DNA from: Octopus bimaculoides
Lineage: Eukaryota
Direction: 5' to 3'
Length of the DNA: 58,864 bases
Assembly: GCF_001194135.2 (NCBI RefSeq)
Contig: NC_068983.1
Coordinates: forward strand, 139,421,233-139,480,096
Made by a program: the position numbers and the translations under genes. Below, one piece after another: positions 38,479 to 51,436 of this stretch. Every line of letters starts with the position of its first letter. The first letter of the stretch is position 1. The notes beneath the pieces are model-generated. The model did not search any database and was not told the DNA's origin. It saw nothing but the letters and a program-made list of their open reading frames with translations.

Positions 38479-40629
38479 ATGATATTTATGTAATATGTGT
38501 GTGTATTTATCTATAATTCTAAAATAATAATGTTATTGACAGCGACAACGAAGTCACGCAGACTTTGGACTGTGATAAACTGAAGTTAATCGTCGCTTTA
38601 TATAGTGTCCGTTATTTGGAGTAGAACGTAAGAATCTATAAGAACATAAAGTCATATTTGCAAAAATCAAATCTCGCAAATTCGTAGCCTTTCCACTTTA
38701 TCAATGTTCACTACATGTCTCGGACTACACGTTAATAAAGTAAGAAAATTCTCTTTTTTTCAATAAAAATACGTCTGAACTGGCTATGAAATTATCAATA
38801 ATTTTCGATTCGCTGTTCACGGTTGTATTAAAATTGGTGCTGATAAAAATGAGTCATATCTCTCCTAAAATTTCATGAACGCCACTTTAATTTCCAATAT
38901 AGCAAATTTCAGTGACCTTCATATCATATGAACAGTATTTCACTAAGTCCTCATTAGATATCCTCGTGTGTGTGTCTGGGATGGTTGATATTATATATCA
39001 CATCTGCGCATGCACGGTAGATAGTCACATACACACACACATGCATACACACACACACTGAGGCACAGGCACAGACATACACGCACACGCGCAAACACAC
39101 GCATACATACGCGCAGACAGACACAGACATACACATGCACACATGCACGCGCGCGACACACACGTGACACACACACACGCAGGCAGCAGACACACACGGT
39201 ACACACATACACTCGCGCACGCGCGCTCAGTAAATTCAGCATATTCATTTAGATGTAAATATTTAGGAAACCAATTCCAATTGTAGCTTTGCATATCACT
39301 TATATACTACAGATACTTTAAAACTATGCTTCTTTTCCAAATGTTTTGGCCACATTTGTACGATTGTAGGAAACAATCAATGATCTACTAAACTAGTATA
39401 TACGACACTAAATAGTCACCATACCTTGGCTAAATAAGTCAACTTCTCCCTACACAGCAACTTGAAACACTCAACAAGCTAAAACTGCCTTAGATTCTCA
39501 TAACAATTTCACTGAATCACACACGACATATCTAAGAGACTAGATCCTTGACATGAACTTTCAGCGCATCCGTCAAATGACATTAATATATGTGCATTTT
39601 TACATTCGTCCCTTTCCTATATACTTACATACATACGCACACGCATATAGACTCATACATACAAACATACACATACACACGCATTTTTATACATGTGCTT
39701 ATACATTCAGGTATTTGTACGTAGAATACTATTTCAGGAGACTTCATAATGAAACTATTTGAGATACAAAAGTAAATAAATCCCCAAAGGTAAATAAATA
39801 TATGTAAAATAGACGCCCAATATTTAGCCAGACTGACCAATGAAACCGAATGTAATAAATATTAGATTAATTTTAAGGTTATTATATAATCTAAACAAGG
39901 TAATACAAACTACAAATATTGATAATTATCATAATTTCTCCCGCTGCATAACTCGATATAGATGTGTGAAACAGGTACAAATTTGAGCCCAATAATATTT
40001 TCATTGCAGAGCGTACTGGAATAATTATTTCTTATAACGGTAAAAAGATTGCCCTAAAAAAAAAAATAATAAACGGGATAAATATGGAAATAAACATGAA
40101 TTTCTTTTTATCTCTGAAGCACTTAAATTTTGCCCGATAGAGATATCGATTTTCTTCAGGAGAAAGAGTTATATATTCTGCTGCTTGGTAGAAGATGCAC
40201 ATATACGTACGTAATTCATATGCGAAATCATATATACATATACACATTCATAAGTATTTACATACATGCATATAAATTTGTAAATATATATANNNNNNNN
40301 NNNNNNNNNNNNNNNNNNNNNNNNNNNNNNNNNNNNNNNNNNNNNNNNNNNNNNNNNNNNNNNNNNNNNNNNNNNNNNNNNNNNNNNNNNNNNNNNNNNN
40401 NNNNNNNNNNNNNNNNNNNNNNNNNNNNNNNNNNNNNNNNNNNNNNNNNNNNNNNNNNNNNNNNNNNNNNNNNNNNNNNNNNNNNNNNNNNNNNNNNNNN
40501 NNNNNNNNNNNNNNNNNNNNNNNNNNNNNNNNNNNNNNNNNNNNNNNNNNNNNNNNNNNNNNNNNNNNNNNNNNNNNNNNNNNNNNNNNNNNNNNNNNNN
40601 NNNNNNNNNNNNNNNNNNNNNNNNNNNNN

Positions 40630-40690
<61 letters not shown>

Positions 40691-41149
40691 CTCTGTATGT
40701 ATGTGTGTGAGTGTAAGTGTGTATGCACTATATTTGTGTGTGCTTGTAAGTTTATATGCATTTCTCTTTGTATATATACGTTTCTGAGTTTGTGTATAGA
40801 TATACATATATATACATACACATGTTTGTTGTATGTATGTATGTATGTATGTGATTATGTATGTATTTACATGCGCATAGTTTTCTCCTAGCTCCATATA
40901 TACCATTATAATATGCTTGTATCCAGGGAGTTAAAGCGACGTTCAACAGTGATTAGGTTGCAGTTGTTGAAGTAAAGGCCAGTCAAACGTTACCGGTGAT
41001 TTGTTCTTGCTAATCCATGTGAGATCGATTTACAAATGTTCTATAGATTTTACTAGGTGTTACTACGAAACAAGTAATAACTCCATTTTGCTGTATGGGA
41101 TAATAGTTCTTGACAGTTCAAGGGATGTCTCGAGGTTGATACTTATATT

Positions 41150-42100
41150 TCATTTGATAAATATATTTAATAATTAATAAATTGTTTTCTTTGTGAGACT
41201 CTCCGGAAGTTATAGCAGACTAGTATAGCTTGCATTTAATAAGGTTTCTTCTCCATAATATATATATAAAGAGTCTTTTGTTTTTCCGATTGCAGAGTCT
41301 TCGTTTTAATAATTAGTTTTAAAGGCTAGTTATCCTGGAAAAATGTTTAACATTTCCAATGACTGCAATTATTCACTTTAAGATTTTATATTTCTTGCAA
41401 GGTCCGTAATCATGCATCACTATGCGTTGCCTTATTCAAGGTACTGTAAATGGTAATAGTCGGCTTTGTGGAGTTGTTTGCTGAATAAGAAGAGGGCATG
41501 TTATGTTACGCACGTTTAATGTTATTACTTAAAAGTAGAATAAAACTACACTTCCTCTTATGTCCGTTTGTATTTATCTGCCGTGTTATGTGTTGTACGC
41601 AATATGTTTGAATTGACTCTACGCGAGAATGTGTGAAGATGCATAGAGCACTGTGAATAGGTACTCCATCACATAACATATTTTATGTATTTACTTTTAT
41701 TCGAGATATTTTTCGAGAGGTAGAATAGGTAGTTTTATTTTGAAGTAGCTCAATGTTAGTTTATGTTTTCTATAGAGTTTCATTTTGCTGAAGTTAGGCT
41801 CGTCATTGGATCCAAGCCGTTGATTGATACTAAACTGGTTACTGTTCATTTTCAAATAAAACTAATTGAATTTAGATATCATTACTTTCCTGTGTGTTTC
41901 AGGAATGCATATCCCATAGCTCTATTATGCAAGTAGACACTTGTTCCTATACACTTTCTGCGATTCGTATAGCCCATTTGTGTTCGTTACCATCATGTTC
42001 TGTTAGCTTTCGTTGCAGTAAGAGTGAGCGTTAAGTATGAGTTATAATATCAAGTTAATTTGTTATTACGGTTACGCAGTAGTTGTTGAAATACACGATA
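41150..42100 (-). mobile_element. Highly decayed PLE RT/thumb remnant (Neptune-like); boundaries approximate
   Basis: Minus-strand GTSVYLHNRAMGYAF (about 41947-41901) resembles F.YLQ..GTAMG..FAP; LYASSH...FKHIAYN (about 41660-41595) resembles the YL..SS.HP....NIPY thumb motif; many stops. Confidence 0.4.
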
Positions 42101-42629
42101 AGGGAAATTTTACGTTATATCTGTACCCACTCTATCTCCTACTCTAACGGAGCTCCTGAACTTCAGAAAATTCTTTATTCTGTTCTCGAATCCTGACTGA
42201 ATAAATTCCTGGGGATTATTCTTTTATAATCTACATTTTCATTTAGAAATTCTAGTTACGTTTCTTTCTTCCTCTCTCTCACTATGTCTCTACATTTCTC
42301 TAATTCTCTGTCTTTGTCTGTCTGTCTATATACATATAATTTATTTTATAGACATAAATTTTCTCTGTGTATACAGGACACACAAAAGCGCTCAAGACAT
42401 GTGCGCCATAAGAAAAGTAAGAAAAATAATGATGGGAAACAAACGACGGGTTACCAATAAGCATATATATGTTCCTTTATACAAATTATGTGCATAAAAT
42501 AATGCAATAAATATATAGAGCTATATATATATAGATACATTAAGATTACATTAAAGTATATAAATATATCAATACAAGTTCATTAAGAATATATTAAGAT
42601 TATACTAATATATAATCCTACTTAAAATA

Positions 42630-44100
42630 AAAGCGATATTTCGACGTAGCAATGGGATTATCAGATTCGGCCCAGGTAACGGATCCTGTCGGTCTATTTC
42701 TTCTTACGGGGATTAAACAGCAAATCCCCAACACATTAAGGGGATTCTATAGGGAGCATACACTTTTTGTACTTAACGGTCTACCTCTGCGTATAAGAAA
42801 AAGAACATCCCATAGATTCTTCAAAAATTTAAATGTTATCATCTCTTTCGAAACAGATACTAAAGTGCCAAACATTTTAGCTCTTACTCTTAATGTACAT
42901 ACTGAATTTTACTACCGTATAATAAACCAATCGTTACCGTATATTAATACCCTCTCCAATCACCCAAATATCACTCTCAATAGTATAATCACAGGAATCT
43001 TAATTAGAATATCTAATCTTTCAGCTTCAAGGAAACAATCCGCTATATACATAATAGTAATTTCAAGAATAAAATATCATTCCTCACCCCAGATATTAAA
43101 CCCTGGCTATAGAAATATGGCCTCATCCTCTTGCCAGTTAAATAACACAAGAAGACCGCTTTTAAATTACATACGTCAGCATCATTGGCAACATTGGTCC
43201 TGTAGTAACTGTAAATCTCCCCATCTTGACCATCCCACTATAAACACATAGTTAAAGAAATCCAACCCCAGAAAACGTGAAACTATATGGTTCGTACCTC
43301 CAGGTCTCTCCAGGTCAGACCATGACCAAAATTATTTACAATCTTAAAATCAAACTTTTCAATAAAGCTTCAATAAAAAAATTCATACTTCATCACACCT
43401 AACCTCGAATCAATCATAACTGCTCTCAATAGTCGCAAACTCCGAGGCCTATATATCACCCCAATCGGATCTGGACAATAATAGTAGCACAGCTATTAAC
43501 AACTCTCCTACGCTAAGTAATTCTAGAACGATGACAGTATCCTGCAAACTTGATTACCAAATAATGGGTATCAGTTCCAACACAACCAGGCATTCCAATT
43601 ATGTTATAAACTCAGACTTATACACTCCCTTACCGACGACATGCTAACTTCAATTAGCTTCACGAGAACGATATACTAACTACCAAACAAACGAAAAATC
43701 CTGTAACTGTCGCGCTTTCAATTTATGTATTCTTAAAGATTTTTGCTTATACAAAAATATGATATATAAATGGATTGCGATGACATCCCGCAACCACCAG
43801 GCAACGATATACATTGGGAGCACAGTAGACTTTAAGCGTACATATCTTGCATATATTAATTATTTTATTAAACACCAAACCAAATTTTCTATTTCACTAG
43901 CTACACATATCCATAATCTCAAAGCACAAAATATACAGTACAAAGTGGCCTTGTCAATATCAATAGGAGGTCCCCCTAATGATTCATATATACGTAAATG
44001 TGAACCCTGCGTTAAAGAACCATTAACTATTCTGCGTATTCGTCAATATTGAATAAGTTTTCAGGTGTTATATTCTCTTGTAGACACATGTATTATTCGA
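42630..44100 (+). mobile_element. Decayed PLE, RT C-terminal half + CxCx5Cx5C linker + GIY-YIG endonuclease (Hydra-clade-like)
   Basis: FDVAMG (42640), GFYREH (degenerate YRDD), YINTLSNHP...IRISNLS thumb, RKRETIWFVPP (about 43270), CNCRAFNLCILKDFC (43702-43746) in frame with MIYK..IYIGSTVDFK...SLATHIHNLK...KCEPCVKE (ORF 43759-44052), CRH (about 44080); frameshifted. Confidence 0.8.
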
Positions 44101-44818
44101 CCCTGAGATATTTGGTTAACTCGTTATAACTCCACAATAAATTATTATTCCATTAAATCTGAATTGTAATAGCTTCGATTATATCTTCTCCTCTAATCCT
44201 CCACCTCTAATATTATTAATAATTTCGTCTTAATAATAGTATATCCCCCCCCCTACAACTCTCTAAAGAAATACCCCCAACAGATACACCTCCACCTAAT
44301 AATAAGTGTAGCCTTGTATGATGTCTGTCAACTTTGAATTCCAGCACATCAACATAACAAATATAAGCTTATCAGTTGGAAAATTCCACGAAGAAGAAGA
44401 CGGTGGTATGAATGAATATACCTTAAAATCTATTGTATCTTTGAAACACTATACCCCAAGAAACGGCTCTCAACAGTTTAATATGGATTTATAACATTCT
44501 ACACTGATTTCACACTCCACCCATTCTATTTGTATATTTTTAATATCATTTTTATTGTAAGTAGGATAATATATTTGTATAATCTTCGTGCATACTTAGT
44601 GTATTTGTATTGATATATTTATATATTTCAATGTATCTTTAATGTATTTATATATCTATATATTTTTATTGTATGATTTTATGCACATAATTGATATAAC
44701 GGAATATATATTATTATATGCTAACTGATAACGCGTCTCTTTTGTTTCTTATCATTATTATTCTTTTTCTCTCCCCTCACTCTCTTTCTTACCCCCTCTC
44801 TTTCTCTCTATCTCTCTT

Positions 44819-44885
<67 letters not shown>

Positions 44886-45999
44886 NNNNNNNNNNNNNNN
44901 NNNNNNNNNNNNNNNNNNNNNNNNNNNNNNNNNNNNNNNNNNNNNNNNNNNNNNNNNNNNNNNNNNNNNNNNNNNNNNNNNNNNNNNNNNNNNNNNNNNN
45001 NNNNNNNNNNNNNNNNNNNNNNNNNNNNNNNNNNNNNNNNNNNNNNNNNNNNNNNNNNNNNNNNNNNNNNNNNNNNNNNNNNNNNNNNNNNNNNNNNNNN
45101 NNNNNNNNNNNNNNNNNNNNNNNNNNNNNNNNNNNNNNNNNNNNNNNNNNNNNNNNNNNNNNNNNNNNNNNNNNNNNNNNNNNNNNNNNNNNNNNNNNNN
45201 NNNNNNNNNNNNNNNNNNNNNNNNNNNNNNNNNNNNNNNNNNNNNNNNNNNNNNNNNNNNNNNNNNNNNNNNNNNNNNNNNNNNNNNNNNNNNNNNNNNN
45301 NNNNNNNNNNNNNNNNNNNNNNNNNNNNNNNNNNNNNNNNNNNNNNNNNNNNNNNNNNNNNNNNNNNNNNNNNNNNNNNNNNNNNNNNNNNNNNNNNNNN
45401 NNNNNNNNNNNNNNNNNNNNNNNNNNNNNNNNNNNNNNNNNNNNNNNNNNNNNNNNNNNNNNNNNNNNNNNNNNNNNNNNNNNNNNNNNNNNNNNNNNNN
45501 NNNNNNNNNNNNNNNNNNNNNNNNNNNNNNNNNNNNNNNNNNNNNNNNNNNNNNNNNNNNNNNNNNNNNNNNNNNNNNNNNNNNNNNNNNNNNNNNNNNN
45601 NNNNNNNNNNNNNNNNNNNNNNNNNNNNNNNNNNNNNNNNNNNNNNNNNNNNNNNNNNNNNNNNNNNNNNNNNNNNNNNNNNNNNNNNNNNNNNNNNNNN
45701 NNNNNNNNNNNNNNNNNNNNNNNNNNNNNNNNNNNNNNNNNNNNNNNNNNNNNNNNNNNNNNNNNNNNNNNNNNNNNNNNNNNNNNTTATTTTAATTACC
45801 TATTTTCTTAAAAAAATATTTTAATTACGTATTTTCTTAACAAAAAAAATATCTGTTGTGCATGTTGCGTGTGGAGGTTATGAATGAATGATTCAACAAG
45901 TAAAAAAATATAATGGGAGGCAATTGGTGGTCGTTATTATTGTGGTCAGCGTTGAAAATTCTTCAAATTTTCGGTGGTGGTGGGGGGGATATAATAAAA

Positions 46000-46293
46000 A
46001 ATTCAAAAGCTAAAGTAGTAGGGAGAACTATGTACATATTCACTGTAAGCCCTGGTGTTTTTTATGCATTTGTATATGCTTTTCTCATACATATTGCGCC
46101 TACTATGATAGGAAATGATTCTGCTTTTAGCCTCCACATTCGAGTTACCTTTATTTCCAGATATTTGTATTTGGAAAGTTTCTGCCTTTCATGTAATGAA
46201 ACATTGTCATCCATTGATATTGATACATCGATTAGAAAGCATTTGTTTTCCTGGTGATATCTGATAACTATATCCGGTATTTGGCCTTAATTC
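46000..46293 (-). mobile_element. R4/Dong-type LINE RLE fragment, type B
   Basis: PDIVIRYHQENKCFLIDVSISMDDNVSLHERQKLSKYKYLEIKVTRMWRLKAESFPIIVGAI read on the minus strand from 46277. Confidence 0.8.
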
Positions 46294-46958
46294 TGCTCAC
46301 TATTCCCAGGGCTCCGACAATTATTGATACTACTGCTACCTTTTTCAGGGACCACAACTGCTTAACTTCCCAAGCTAACCTGTCATATCTCTCGACTTTT
46401 CTTCCGTCCATATCGCGTAATTTGTTGTCAGATGGACATGCTATGTCTATGATCCAGCCTAGTTTGGTTTCTTTCTCAATTAAGACTATGTCCGCCTTTC
46501 TATTCACTGTGTCATGGTCGCACTTAATCATAAAATCCCATAGGGTTTTTGCATTTCTATTTTCGACGATGCCTTCTAGTTTGTGGTCGTACCAATTTTT
46601 TGTTCTGTCAAGTCCATACTTGTTGCAAAGTGTCCAATGGACAACCCTCACTGTATTTTCGTGGCGTCTCTTATATTCTTTCTGGGCAAGTGGCGTACAT
46701 TGGCTGGTAGTATGTCATACGGTTTCACCGTTTTCTCCACAGATTCTGCACTTATTGCTTTCTGCTCTGTTGTCTATTCTGTATTTCTTGTTTGTTCTTA
46801 GCGCTTGCTCTTGAGCAGCACAGATTAGATCCTCAATTTAGTCATCCACAGCCATCTTTCTTGTGTCCGTCTTTGTCTTCAATATCCCTATGAAATTGAC
46901 CATGCATTCTTTTCTTTACCCTCCTATTTTCAGTTTCATCCGTTTTCAATTTCTTGTA
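46294..46958 (-). mobile_element. R4/Dong-type LINE fragment, type A (CCHC knuckle + RLE), 3' end replaced by type B
   Basis: MHGQFHRDI...AAQEQALRT...CRICGENGETV*HTTSQC...KEYKRRH...VHW.LC...RKADIVLIEK...IDIACP...IIVGALG; the 5' end abuts (AAT)n at 46964-46998. Confidence 0.85.
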
Positions 46959-46961
46959 ATA

Positions 46962-46998
<37 letters not shown>

Positions 46999-47022
46999 CA
47001 TCATTATAATCATTATAATTAT

Positions 47023-47510
47023 AGAGTAAGAGAGCAGTGCATGCATCAAATTGACACTGGGCTAAAATATACGAGGCTTAGTACACTCACCATGACTACC
47101 CGTCTGAGAAGGGTAAACCACGTGCATGCATCACAACCATATGTGCACCTCATGGTGATCTCACAGCAAGATAAACAGCGCATGACCTCGCAGGTGGGAC
47201 GCAGTTAGAATTTTCTTCATGTTGAGTAGCCCATCTCACTCGAATGGTCCCTGAATAAGACTTGTTTAAGGGTGTTGAACGAAACACCCAAGTTTCCAGG
47301 GGTGAATTATTCACACCTCAAAGAATTCCTCTCAACACATGGCTATGATGCTCTCCCACTACTGCTGCACGCTGAGCAGAGATGCATATTTCATCAGCCA
47401 CCAAGGGACATAGTCAATTGGTTAAGTCAAACAAGTGACAAGTGAATCTGTGGTACTGAGGAGAATATTTGCTGTAGCCCATCTTTTATACCAAGGGAAA
47501 GCAATGCACC
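47023..47510 (-). mobile_element. About 490-bp non-coding retroposon-like repeat with an (AAT)n tail
   Basis: No ORF; ends GCATGCACTGCTCTCTTACTC then (AAT/GAT)n on the minus strand; structured 3' region. Repeat status is recalled or inferred, as there is one copy in the window. Confidence 0.5.
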
Positions 47511-47582
47511 TTTATCATCATCATCGTCGTCGTCGTCGTCATCATCCTTGTTACAGGCATCAAGTTGTCACAATCGTCAGCA

Positions 47583-47770
47583 TGTCATGTGAAGTGTTTA
47601 GAAGTATTTAATCTGCATCTGCATTCTGATTTCACATTCCACCGAGGTCAACTGTGCCGCTTATCCTTTCGGTGCGATAAATTAAGTAACAGTGAAACAC
47701 TGGTTTTGATGTAATCGCCTAGTCACCCCCTCCAAATTTGAAGCCTTGTGCCTCTAGTTGAAAGGATTAT
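47583..47770 (+). mobile_element. SINE family A, degenerate
   Basis: CCACCGAGGTCAACTGTGCC..TATCCTTTCGGTGCGATAAATTAAGTAACAG..CACTGG..TGATGTAATCG. Confidence 0.7.
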
Positions 47771-47820
47771 GATTATGATTATTATTATTATTATAATTAA
47801 TAGTAGTAATCGTAGCAGTA

Positions 47821-48037
47821 ATGATCTTTTCTGATATAGGCATAAGGCCATTAATGTTTAGGGATGGGGCCAGTCGATTAGATCGACCCCAGTACAAAAC
47901 TGGTACTTAATTTATCGACCCCGAAAGGATGAAAGGTAAAGTCGACTCCGGCGGAATTTGAACTCATAACGTAAAGACAGACGAAATGCTTCTAAGCATT
48001 TCGCCCGGCGTGCTAACACTTCTGCCAGCTCGCTGCC
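47821..48037 (-). mobile_element. SINE family A, full length, low divergence
   Basis: Reverse B-box at 47953-47965; GCATTTCGCCCGGCGTGCTAAC..TTCTGCCAGCTCGCTGCC head. Confidence 0.88.
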
Positions 48038-48608
48038 TTAGTCGTAGTCGTACTAGTAATAATGATATAAATAATAAAAAAATAAACTTTATTTCAAAAA
48101 GGACAACAATAATTATAATAAGAACGATGATGATGATGAAAATACTAATAAGAAGGATAATAATATTACTTATTAGTATTATCGTTTATAATCATTGAAA
48201 AAATTTAGCGCGATAAATTTATAATATCGAACCTATGGATATAAGATGTATTAAGGAATTTAATTCACCGCTTCGGTACTTCATGCTAAATTGGTTTCAA
48301 ATATGTTTTACCGAATTTTATTCGGTACATTTACTAGAGTTAACGATTGTGTCAGCTTCTCAATGAACTAAAGGGTTCCGTGTCCGTCTGTCTGTCTAAC
48401 AGTCTTTCTGTGTCTCTCTCCCCGACTTTCTCAAAGGCACGTAGACAAAAGACACAAACACACAGCACATTTAGATGCCCATAAAAATACACAAATCAAT
48501 GCATGAGTAATGGTTTTTGGCCTGTAACCAGCTTTGTCTTTATACATGTATACGTCATTTCATTTTTCTCTCCTCCTTTTCTTCCTTTCTCTTTTCTTCA
48601 CTCACTCT

Positions 48609-48653
<45 letters not shown>

Positions 48654-48661
48654 CTGTGTGT

Positions 48662-48705
<44 letters not shown>

Positions 48706-50874
48706 GTGTGTAAATATGCATGTATATTTTATTATCTTTCTCTCAAATGCAGGTTAATCTAAATCCATTGACTCGATTTCATTCCAGTTCTGTAAGATTT
48801 TTTCCACAGATCTTATATATACATATATACATACATACGTGCATATACTTACATGTATATATAAATTACGAACATACATACAGATATAGGTATATATATG
48901 TATTGGCATGTATGTGTGTCTGTGTTTATACGTACAAATATATTCATACACACATAATATCAACATATTTAGGATATAGTATTTTGTGTTGTTTTTTTTT
49001 TTATTTGTAGTAGTATGTAAGTATGTAATACAGTCAACAGAATCATAGTGAAACAGAAGGCGATATTATATTCACTCGAGCATTAACCTTCGTTGGCTTT
49101 GATGTAGTTTTTACTTGGCAATATGTAGATGTGTTTAGTTACAGGAAATTTCAAATCAAGAACAGTTACTGCTTCACTGGATTTCATACACCAGTAACAC
49201 GTTCTTTCTGTTAACAAGACGCAAAGGCCTTGTATTGAGGTAAAAAGGGTTGCAGGAAATTTAGAAGTTCATATTTCCCCCCTAAGAATTATAAGTTAAA
49301 ATGAAAAGTGTTAGTTTCACAAACGAAATTGAATCCATAGGGTCATCTTAACATAAATTTTAAGCCTTACTTGTTGCAGTATGAATAAAATATATATTTT
49401 GTTATAACTTCCTAAATGTAGATTATTCTGGAAATATGCAGGCTAGGGAGATGATAACATACTGTTATTTATTAAAAGGGTAATAGTACAACTAAAACCA
49501 AGTATCGAAATTCGGTTTAGCCCCTGGCGCGTTCATCTATGATTATATGCGTTCGAACTTGATCATTCCGTCTTTTAATTGTTGCCAGACTATATCTATG
49601 ACTACAATATGCATTGCACCTTTCTTAGAAACCAGCTCCTACGTTGTAAGAAGGACATGGATAAAAATAGAACACACATGCACATATGTATGACTCACAT
49701 CTATACATAAACAGAAAACAAGATGCACACACATATCAACGCATAAAATACGCGTAAACACACGGAATATACACGCACACAGTAGCTTCACACATACACG
49801 CGCGCTCTAGCACACGTATCCTACACACATACACACATATATACTTTAGATAACAGCGTACACACACTTTAATAGAAAGCACGGGCACATATATATATTT
49901 GGACAACCACATGGACATATACAGGCACATTAACCTTCATGCACATATATGTGCTACCTAATTCACAAATAGGCCATTTTTTAAAGTCCTTCCTGAGATC
50001 CACTTACACAGGTATCCTTGCCACTCTTTGCGTCTAATGACCTCTTCATCCTCCAGTCATTGTAGCTTGCGGTAACCATCTAATGCAAACACGTTTGTAC
50101 TTTACCACAACGGAACTCTCTCATCTAATCTTTTTACCATAACGCAACTCTCTCATTTAATCTTTTTTACTATTCGAATATATTTCGAATTTTATAGAAA
50201 AATAACAATCCAATTTAAGGAATACTTTAGGAGTATAAACAAATTTTAAAACGAACAGAGGTAAAAGTATTGTATATTATTATCAATCTTCCATGCTATT
50301 GGAACTGTGAATCAATATTTTGAACGTATATATTCTTCCACTGTAGCAATTTCAAGTAACGCTGCCTATCATTTCAAAGAGTACACCTTGAAACATTAAA
50401 AACACGGTTCAAAGAAATTAGGTTTAGAAACAAGATGCACACTTCATGTTTCTACCAAAGTAAGACATTCATGTAATAGAATTCAATGTCCCTTTCGTAA
50501 ATGGTTTATATCACTTAGGGCATTGATCAACTGCTAGCTGATGCTAAGAATGCAAATGTCACAATGCAAATATCTGTGATATAATCATCAATATATCTCG
50601 CAAAATGCCATGGAAAGAGTATGCTAACTTCTCATGAAATTAATGAAAGCGTAAATGGCTTTCTGAAAGTATCATCCTAGAGTCTAATTTTGGAAAGGAA
50701 AATAAACGACACTGACATACAAGCTCGGACTGAGGAACGCCTTCTAAGTGGATCTGATAGACGTACGTATATCGGATTCGTTATATGTATATATGTTTCT
50801 ATGCATGTCTCTCTCTCGCTCTCTCTCTATCTCTCTCTGTCTTTGTTTCTGTGTATGACTTCTACCACTACTCG

Positions 50875-51025
50875 ACGACCCCTGTAAGTACTTAAATCCC
50901 TGTAACTAAGCAGCAGTTCAGCCAAAGTCGAATAGAAAAAGTAACAGGCATTAAACATGTCCTGGGTTCGATTTAGTCTAAAATTCTTCAAGGTAGCGGC
51001 AATAACTGAAATAAATAAAAGATAA
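50875..51025 (+). mobile_element. SINE family B, degenerate 3' half
   Basis: CCCTGTAACTAAGCAG..TTCAGCCAAAG...GTCCTGGGTTCGATTT...CTTCAAGG...AACTGAAATAAATAAAAGATAAAA. Confidence 0.55.
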
Positions 51026-51063
51026 AAACACACGTACACCTCCCACATATATTTACCTATACA

Positions 51064-51098
<35 letters not shown>

Positions 51099-51204
51099 GT
51101 ATGTATGTATTTATGCATGCTTATGTACATACATGTATATACATGTATGCTTGTGTTTGTATGTCTCTCTCTGTGTGTGTGTGCGTGTGTGTGTGTACGT
51201 GCGG

Positions 51205-51436
51205 CTTGGTCAGTAATTTAAATCATAGTGCTAAGTTCGACGATTTGGCATCAGCTGACCGTGAACTTGTCGAAGCAAAGTTAAGATATTTTGCAGAGAC
51301 CTATGACAGAGCGAAATTTAAAGATCATTATGAAGTTGGTGTTACTAAGAAGATAACAGGTTCTTCCAAAGCAACTGAAATTCCTTTTTATGTTTCTGTG
51401 AAATACGGAGACGATAATGAATTATGTGAGAAATAA
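51205..51436 (+). other. Unassigned open reading segment with protein-like composition (about 75 codons)
   Basis: LVSNLNHSAKFDDLASADRELVEAKLRYFAETYDRAKFKDHYEVGVTKKITGSSKATEIPFYVSVKYGDDNELCEK*; no ATG outside the microsatellite; family not recognised. Confidence 0.3.

Noticed and set aside
44315-44375. Hairpin after the GIY-YIG PLE as a SECIS or hammerhead (ATGATGTCTG...CAGCACATCA)
   Set aside because: No G.A/A.G quartet or apical AAR for a SECIS, no GAAAC for a hammerhead, and no in-frame UGA at the Cys motif.
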